A DNA stretch of 64,000 bases from the human T2T-CHM13v2.0 reference genome, Homo sapiens. The stretch lies in assembly GCF_009914755.1 (NCBI RefSeq), contig NC_060933.1. One strand, 5' to 3'. The translations under genes and the position numbers were made by a program. The notes under the pieces were generated by a model that was not told the DNA's origin, ran no database searches, and was given only the letters and a program-made list of their open reading frames with translations. Positions 56,106 through 64,000 of the stretch are shown here, piece by piece (position 1 is the stretch's first letter; each line of letters opens with the position of its first letter).

Positions 56106-57122
56106 TTACAATTTGGCATGTTTTTGTAGTGGCTGGTACCAGCTGTTCCTTTCCATGTTTAGTTCTTCTTTCAGGAGCTCTTGTAGGGCAGGCCTGGTGG
56201 TGACAAAATCTCTCAGCATTTGCTTGTCTATAAAGGATTTTATTTCTCCTTCACTTATGAAGCTTAGTTTCGCTGGATATGAAATTCTGGGTGGAAAATT
56301 CTTTTATTTAAGAATGTTGAATATTGGCCCCCACTCTCTTCTGGCTTGTAGAGTTTCTGCCGAGAGATCAGCTGTTAGTCTGGTGGGCTTCCCTTTGTGG
56401 ATAACCCAACCTTTCTCTCTGACTGCCCTTAACATTTTTTCCTTCATTTCAACTTTGGTGAATCTGATAATTATGTGTCTTGGAGTTGCTCTTCTCAAGG
56501 AGTTCTTTGTGGCTTTCTCTGTATTTCCTGAATTTGAATGTTGGCCTGCCTTGCTAGGTTGGGGAAGCTCTTCTGGATATTATCCTGCAGAGTGTTTTCC
56601 AACTTGGTTCCATTCTCCCTGTCACTTTCAGGTACACCTATCAGACGTAGATTTGGTCTTTTCACATAGTCCCATATTTCTTGGAGGCTTTGTTTGTTTC
56701 TTTTTATTCTTTTTTCTCTAAACTTCTCTTCTTGCTTCATTTCATTCATTTGATCTTCAATCACTGATACCCTTTCTTCCAGCTGATCAAATCGGCTACT
56801 GAAGCTTGTGCATTCGTCACGTAGTTATCGTGCCATGGTTTTCAGCTCCATCAGGTCATTTAAGGACTTCTCTGCATTGGTTATTCTAGTTAGCCATTCT
56901 TCTAATCTTTTTTCAAGGTTTTTATCTTCTTTGCGATGGGTTCGAACTTCCTCCTTTAGCTCGGAGAAGTTTGGTTTTCTGAAGCCTTCTTCTCTCAACT
57001 CCTCAAAGTCTTTCTCCGTCCAGCTTTGTTCTGTTGCTGGTGAGGAGCTGCGTTCCTTTGGAGGTGGAGAGGTGCTCTGATTTTTAGAATTTTCAGCTTT
57101 TCTGCTCTGTTTTTTTCCCCAT
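56106..57122 (-). pseudogene. L1 ORF1 (RNA-binding protein), frameshifted
   Basis: Fragments SLQEIWDYVKRPNLRLIGVPE and RRATPRHIIIRF...ARREWGPIF in different frames. Confidence 0.93.
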
Positions 57123-58204
57123 CTTTGTGGTTTTATCTACCTTTGGTCTTTGATGATGGTGACGTACAGATGGGGTTTTGGTGTGGATGTCCTTTCTGTT
57201 TGTTAGTTTTCCTTCTAACAGTCAGGACCCTCAGCTGCAGGTCTGTTGGAGTTTGCTGGAGGTCCACTCCAGACCCCGTTTGCCTGGGTATCAGCAGCGG
57301 AGGCTGCAGAACATCGAATATTGCTGAACAGCAAATGTTGCGGCCTGATCGTTCCTCTGGAATTTTCGTCTCAGAGAGTTACCCAGCTGTGTGAGGTGTC
57401 AGTCTGCCCCTACTAGGGGGTGCCTCCCAGTTAGGCTTCTCAGGGGTCAGGGACCCACTTGAGGAGGCAGTCTGTCTCAACTTTCTCAGATCTCAAACTC
57501 TTTGCTGGGAGAACCACTACTCTCTTCAAAGCTGTCAGACAGGGACATTTAAGTATGCAGAGGTTTCTGCTGCCTTTTGTTAGGCTATGCCCTGCCCCCA
57601 GAGGTGGAGTCTACAGAGGCAGGCAGGCCTCCTTGAGCTGTGGTGGGCTTTACCCAGTTTGAGCTTCCCAGCCGCTTTGTTTACCTAGTGAAGCCTCAGC
57701 AAAGCCTCCCCCAGCCTCGCTGCTGCCTTGCAGTTCGATCTCAGACTGCTGTGCAAGCAGTAAGCGAGGCTCCATGGGCATGGGACCCTCTGATCCTGGT
57801 GCGGGATATAAACTCCTGGTGTGCCGTTTGCTAAGACCATTGGAAAAGCGCAGTATTAGGGTGGGAGTGATCCGATTTTCCAGGTGCCATCTGTCACAGT
57901 TTTGCTTGGCTAGGAAAGGGAATTCCCTGACCCTTTGTGCTTCCCGGGTGAGGCGATGCCTCACCCTGCTTTGGCTCACGCTTGGTGTGCTGCACCCACT
58001 GTCCTGCACCCACTGTCCAACAAGCCCCAGTGAGATGAACCCAATACCTCAGTTGGAAATGCAGAAATCACCTCTCTTCTGCGTCAGTCACACTGGGAAC
58101 TGAAGACTGGAGCTGTCCTATTCAGCCTTCTTGGAACTGCCCTATCTCTGAATTTTTAAACATGCTCCCCGATAAGGTGAATTCTCATTTGGATATTAAT
58201 ATGA

Positions 58205-58710
58205 ATCCTAGCTTTCCCTGTGTTTTCTTGTGACAGCACCCTGACTTTGTTCAGGGGTTTACCCCTTAGGAAATGGCAAAAACTAAGCATAAGCCAATCA
58301 TTGTTTGGCAATGGTTGGTTTAGAGTTATGGACATGAGATCTAGATGTGAGGGAAAGTGTGCTGAAGAGCTTCTAAGAATGGTTTCCTCTCTCTCTTATG
58401 ATGGAAACAAAGGGATAGAGTCCATTTCTGCTACTGAAAGTGTCAGGATATGTGGCTAGAAGCCTTGCAAGCCATTCTTTGATCAGGACCAGGTTGCCAT
58501 CTTGCTACTGTCCTGAGGAAGGAGCCAATAGACGGTTGGAGGCAGAAACAAGGGCATTACTGAGACTCAGAGCTGGGTGCCTGATATGCCATATAGGGAT
58601 ACACTCTACTTTTGGACTTCTGGTAGCCTGAGATAATCCATTTTCTTGTCTTTTAAATGCATTTGAGTTGAGGTTACTGTTACTAGCAGCCAAAGGCCAC
58701 CTGACTCCTT
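58205..58710 (+). mobile_element. Ancient ERVL/MaLR-type LTR relic
   Basis: GACAGCACCCTGACTTTGTTCAGGG...TTTGAGTTGAGGTTACTGTTACTAGCAGCCAAAG; subfamily uncertain. Confidence 0.55.
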
Positions 58711-58855
58711 GTGGCTCCTACATGCAGGCTGCTTAGTGACCCAAGAAGTTTTCATTTATGTTGTTAATGATCTACTGAGCAGACATCAGAAGTGATTAGT
58801 CACAAATAATAAAGATGAAACATTTAAGAATGTTTGGCTTTTTTTGATAATTTAG

Positions 58856-59044
58856 ACCAATACCCCTTAAACTTTATCATGCATCAGAATCACCTGGGAT
58901 GTCTTGCTAAAACAGACTATGGGAACACACCACTAGAGTTACTAATTCATTAGACCTATGGTGGGGGTTAAGAATTTAATTTTCTAATAAGTTCCCAGGT
59001 AATGCTGTTGGTGCTGGTTTGAGGACCACATTTGAGAAGAACTG
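58856..59044. mobile_element. MER5A (hAT-Charlie)
   Basis: TGCATCAGAATCACCTGG...AAGTTCCCAGGTAATGCTG...GGACCACATTTGAGAAGAACTG. Confidence 0.8.
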
Positions 59045-59469
59045 ATTTAGACAACTGTATAATAATTTCCCTTATTTTATTAATATATAAATACGATTTC
59101 TTGAACAGGAGAATAGGAAATACAACTACATCTAGAAGTCACACACCTGGAAACTTCCAGGGGAATGTGACTTGCATTGACTTATCCTGTGTATTGCAGA
59201 AATAAAGGTTGAGACTTAAGGCTCCAAATATCTACTGTTTCAGACTCAGAGAGCTCAGGATATAGGTACAATGATTGAAAGAGAGCACAAAATGGGTCTT
59301 CTGTCTTTATATCCTGCTGGAGGTAGCAGCTAACATGTTTGAGAGATCAAAAAGATACTATTATTATTAATGCATCATCATCATCATTTACACTTTATAA
59401 ATTCCTTCTACATCATAATCTCATTTGATCTTTATTGTAATGATGATCATTATGATAATAAATAGAATG

Positions 59470-62400
59470 AGGGCCTTTTCTCAAATATGGCAGATAGGAG
59501 GAAGGACTAGCTTGCAGCTCCTGCCTGGATGGACAGAGCAGCGTGGGGAGACTCATATTGTGAACTTTTGCTCCAAGAACTACTGCAGGAACATACCAGG
59601 AAGCCAAGAGAATCCACAGACCCTTTGAAGGAACTAGATCACTGCTGCAGTCTCCCTGAGATGACAAAAAACTGTGAGTCAGCTTGCTTTCTCAACAGAG
59701 GGGCTTGTGATCTGGGGCAAGTTTTCAGCCCTGGCTACCAGCTTCCTGGAAATAGGCTTGGTGCTGTTGGGAGGCCATAGTGAGAGTGAGACTGGCTTTT
59801 AGGACTGTGGGCTGCATGGGAGCAGAGTGAGGCCTGTGACTGCTGGCTTTCCCCTACTTCCCTGGTGACCTGTATGACTTAGGAGAAGCTGCCATAATCC
59901 TTCTGGGAACATAACTCCATTGGCCTGGGAACCATACCCCATTCCCCACAGCAGCTACAGCAAGCCCCACACAAGGACAGGCTGAGCTCTGACATGCTTA
60001 TCCCTGCCCCCACCTGGTGTTCTTTCTCTAACCACTCTGGTAGCCAAAGACAAAGGTCATAATCTCTTAGGAGCTCTATGGCCCTGCCTACCACCTGAGA
60101 AACCTGAATACTTCATCAGGTGTCCCTAGGGTAAGTCTGCATCCTCCCAATAGGACCACAGCTGACACACTCTTGAAAGTGTCACCTCCTGGCTGGAAGC
60201 CAACGAATACAAACCAGCACACTAAACAAAAACACAACTGAGGACCATCACAGAGTCCACTTCACTACCCTGCTACCTCCACTGGAGCAGGTGGTGGTAT
60301 CCATGGCTGCCAAGACCTGAAGACAGATAACATTACAGGACTCTTTGCAGACACTCTTCAGCACCAGCCTGGAGCTCTGCTGGGTGGCTAGACTCATAAG
60401 AGCAAAACAATCACTACATTTCAGCTCTGAGGAAGCCCCATTCCTAGGGAAGGGGGAGAACACCACATTAAGGGAGCACCCCATGGGACAAAGGAATCTG
60501 AACAGTGGCCCTTGAATCCCAGATCTTCCCTCTGACATAGTCTACCCAAATAAGAAGGAATCAGAAAAACAATTCTACTAATATGACAAAAGAAGGTTAT
60601 TTAACACCCATAAAAGATGATACTGGTTCACCAGTAATGGATCCAAACTAAGACAACATTTCTGAATTGCCAGAAAAAGAATTCAGAGGGCTGATTATTA
60701 TGCTAATCAAGGAGGCACCAGAGAAAGGTGAAGTCCAACTTGAAGAAATAAAAAATATGATACAGGATATGAAAGGAAAATTCTTCAGTGAGATACACAG
60801 CATAAATAAGAAACAATCACAACTTCTGGAAATCAAGGACACGCTTAGAGAGAGCAAAATGCACTGGAAAGTCTCAGCAATGGAACTGAACAAGTGGAAG
60901 AAAGAACTTCAGAGCTTGAAGATAAGACTTTCAAATTAACCCAATCCATCAAACACAAACAAAAAAGAACTTCAAAAAATGAAAAAAGCCTCCAAGAAAT
61001 TTGGGACTATGCTAAACATCCAAACTTAAGAATAATTGGTGCTCCCAAGGAAGACAACAAATCTAAAAGACTGGAGAACATATTTGAGGGAATAATCAAG
61101 GAAAACTTCCCCAGCCTTGCTAGAGGTCTACACATCCAAATACAAGAAACTCAAAGAGCACCTGGGAAATTCATTGCAAAAAGATCATCGCCTAGGCACA
61201 CAGTCATCAGGTTATCTAAAATCAGGACAAAGGAAAGAATCTTCAGAGCTGTGAGGCAAAAACATCAGGTAACCTATAAAAGAAAACCTATCAGATTAAG
61301 AGCATATTTCTCAACAGAAATCCTACAAGCTAGAAGGGATTGGGGTCTTATTTTTAGCCTGCTTAAACAAAAGAATTACCAGCCAGGAATTGTGTATCCA
61401 GAAACACTAAGCTTCATAAATGAAGGAAAGATACAGTCTTTTCTAGACAAACAAATGCTGACAGAATTCACCATTACCAAGCCAGCACTACAAGAACTGC
61501 TAAAAGGAGCTCTAAACCTTGAAACAAATCCTCAAAATACACCAAAATAGAACCTCCTTAAAGCATAAATCTCACAGGACCTATATAACAATAACACAAT
61601 TAAAAAAAGAAAACCCCAAGATATTCAGGCAACAAATAGCACAATAAATAGAATAGTACATAACATCTTAATGCTAACATTGAATGTGAGTGGCCTAAAG
61701 GCTCCACTTAAAAGATACAGAATGGCAAAATGGATAAGAATTCACCAACTGAGTTTCTGCTGTCTTCAGGAGTCTCACCTAACACATAAATGTAATTTAA
61801 AGGGGTGGAAAAAGATATTCCATGCAAACAATGCCAAAAGCAAGTAGGAGTAGCTATTCCTACATCAGACAAAACAAACTTTAAAGCAACAGCAGTTAAA
61901 AACACAAAGAGGTACATTATATAATGATTAAAGAACTGGACCAACAGGAAAATATCACACTTATAAATATATATGCACCTAATACTGGAGCTTCCAAATT
62001 TATAAAGCAATTACTACTAGACCTAAGAAATGAGATAGACAGCAACACAATAACAGTGGGGGACTTTAATACTCCACTGAGAGCACAAGACAGGTCAACA
62101 AGACAGAAAATCAACAAAGAAACAATGGACTTAAAAACTATACCCTAAAACAAATGGACTTAACAGATATTTACAGAACATTCTACTGAATAACTGCAGA
62201 ATATACATTCTATTCATCAGCACATGCAATATTCTCCAAGATAGACCATATGATAGGCCACAAAACAAGTCTCAGTAAATTTAAGAAAATTAAAATTATA
62301 TCAAGTACTCTGTCAGACCACAGTGAAGTAAAACTGAAAATCAACTCCAAAAAAAACCCTCAAAACCATGCAAATACATGGAAATTAAATAGCCTGCTCC

Positions 62401-64000
62401 TGAATGATCATTGGGTCAACAATGAAATCAAGATGGAAATAAAAAAAAATCTTTGAACTGAATGATAATATTGACACAACCTGTCAAAAACCTCTGGGAT
62501 ACAGCAAAAGTGGTGCTAAGAGGAAAGTTCAAAGCATTAAGTGCCTACATCAAAAGTCTGAAAGAGCATAAATTGACAATCTAAGACCACACCTCATGGA
62601 ACTGGAGAAACAAGAACAATCCAAATCCAAACCCAGCAGAAGAAAAGAAATAACGAATATCAGAGCAGAATTAAATGAAATTGAAACAAGAAAATACGAA
62701 AGATAAATGAAACAAAAATCTGGTTCTTTGAAAAGATCAATAAAATTGATCGACTATTAGTGAGATTAACCAAGAAAAGAAGAGAGAAGATCCAAATAAG
62801 CTCAATTAGAAATAAAATGGGAGATATTACAACTGATATCACAAAAACACAAAGGATTATTCAAGGCTACTATGAACACTTTTATGCACATAAACTAGAA
62901 AACCTAGAGGAGATGGATAAATTCCTAGAAATATACAACCCTCCTAGATTAAACCAGGAAAAGATAGAATCTCTGAACAGACCAAAAACAAGCAGTGAGA
63001 TTGAAATAATAATTTAAAAACTACCAACAAGAAATAGTCCAGGACCAGAAAGATTAACAGCTGAATTCTATCAGACATTCAAAGAAGAATTGGTACCAAT
63101 GCTATTGACACTATTCCAAAAGATAAAGAGGGAATCCTCCGTAACATTCTATGACACCAGTATCATCCTAATACCAAAACCAGGGAAGCACATAACCAAA
63201 AAAGAAAACTACAGACCAATATTCCTGATGAACATAGATGCAAAAATTCTCAACAGAGTACTAGTAAACTGAATTCAACAGCATATAAAAAAGACAATCC
63301 ACCATGATCAAGTGGATTTCATGCAAGGGATGCAGGGATGGTTTAACACACATAAGTCAATAAATGTGATAGACCACATAAACATAATTTAAAACAAAAA
63401 TCACGTGATCATCTCAATAGATTCAGAAAAGGCATGTGACAAAACCCAGCATTCCTTTATAATTAAAACTCTCAGCAAAATCGGCATAGAAGGGACATAC
63501 TTTAAGGTAATAAAAGCCATCTATGACAAACCCACAGCCAACATTATACTGAATGGGAAAAAAGTTGAAAGCATTCCCCCTAAGAACTGGAATAAGAGAA
63601 GGATGTCTGCTTTCACCACTTCTGTTCAACATAGTAGTGGAAGTCCTAGCAAGAGCAATCAGACAAGAGAAAGAAATACAGGGCATCAAATTGGTAAAGT
63701 GGAAGCCAAACTCTCTCTGTTTACTGATGATATAATCATATACCTAAAAAACTCTAAAGACTCATCCAAAAAGCTCCTAGAACTGGTAAATGAATTCAGC
63801 AAAGCTTCAGGATAGAAAATTAATGTACACAAATCAGTAGCACTGATATACAACAACAGTGACCAAGCTGGGAATCAAATCAAGAACTCAATCCCTTTCA
63901 CAATAGCTGCAAATAAATAAATACATAAAATATTTAGGAATACCTAACCAAGGATGTGAAAGACCTCTACATGGAAAACTACAAAACACTGCCGAAAGAA
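59470..64000 (+). mobile_element. L1PB-type LINE-1 (5'UTR, decayed ORF1 ~60583-61550 and ORF2 from ~61640), continuing past the window end
   Basis: L1PB-like 5'UTR (GGACTAGCTTGCAGCTCC...GTGAACTTTTGCTCC); ORF1 pieces (SLQEIWDYAKHPNLRIIG); ORF2 pieces (INIYAPN, GDFNTPL, LFTDD) with many stops. Confidence 0.92.

Overview
This is primate (hominid, human-like) intergenic or deep-intronic DNA. I found no recognisable host protein-coding exon, RNA gene, CpG island or prokaryotic-type system. Much of the window is interspersed repeat: an L1MA 3' end abutting an L1MB fragment (1-3.4 kb); 14 Alu/FLAM copies, many with readable TSDs; two THE1 solo LTRs and several MLT1-type LTRs; many MIR/L2 relics and a MER5A; a twin-primed 5'-inverted L1PA2 fragment (44.2-44.9 kb); a full-length, TSD-flanked, disabled L1PA4/5-type element on the minus strand (52.0-58.1 kb); and, head-to-head with it, an L1PB-type element running off the window end. 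All long ORFs are L1 remnants or repeat/low-complexity artefacts. The main structure not explained by standard repeats is a local three-copy chain of short duplications (12.2 kb -> 9.7 kb -> 8.0 kb) that reads as two successive templated insertions into MIRs. Other points of note are several repeat-free, motif-dense candidate enhancers, plus-strand polypurine tracts (one with hidden ~78/155-bp periodicity), an orphan A50 run, and specific lesions in the L1 5'UTR (YY1 site, ORF0 start). Subfamily calls come from recalled consensus features rather than an alignment, and boundaries of old repeats are approximate.
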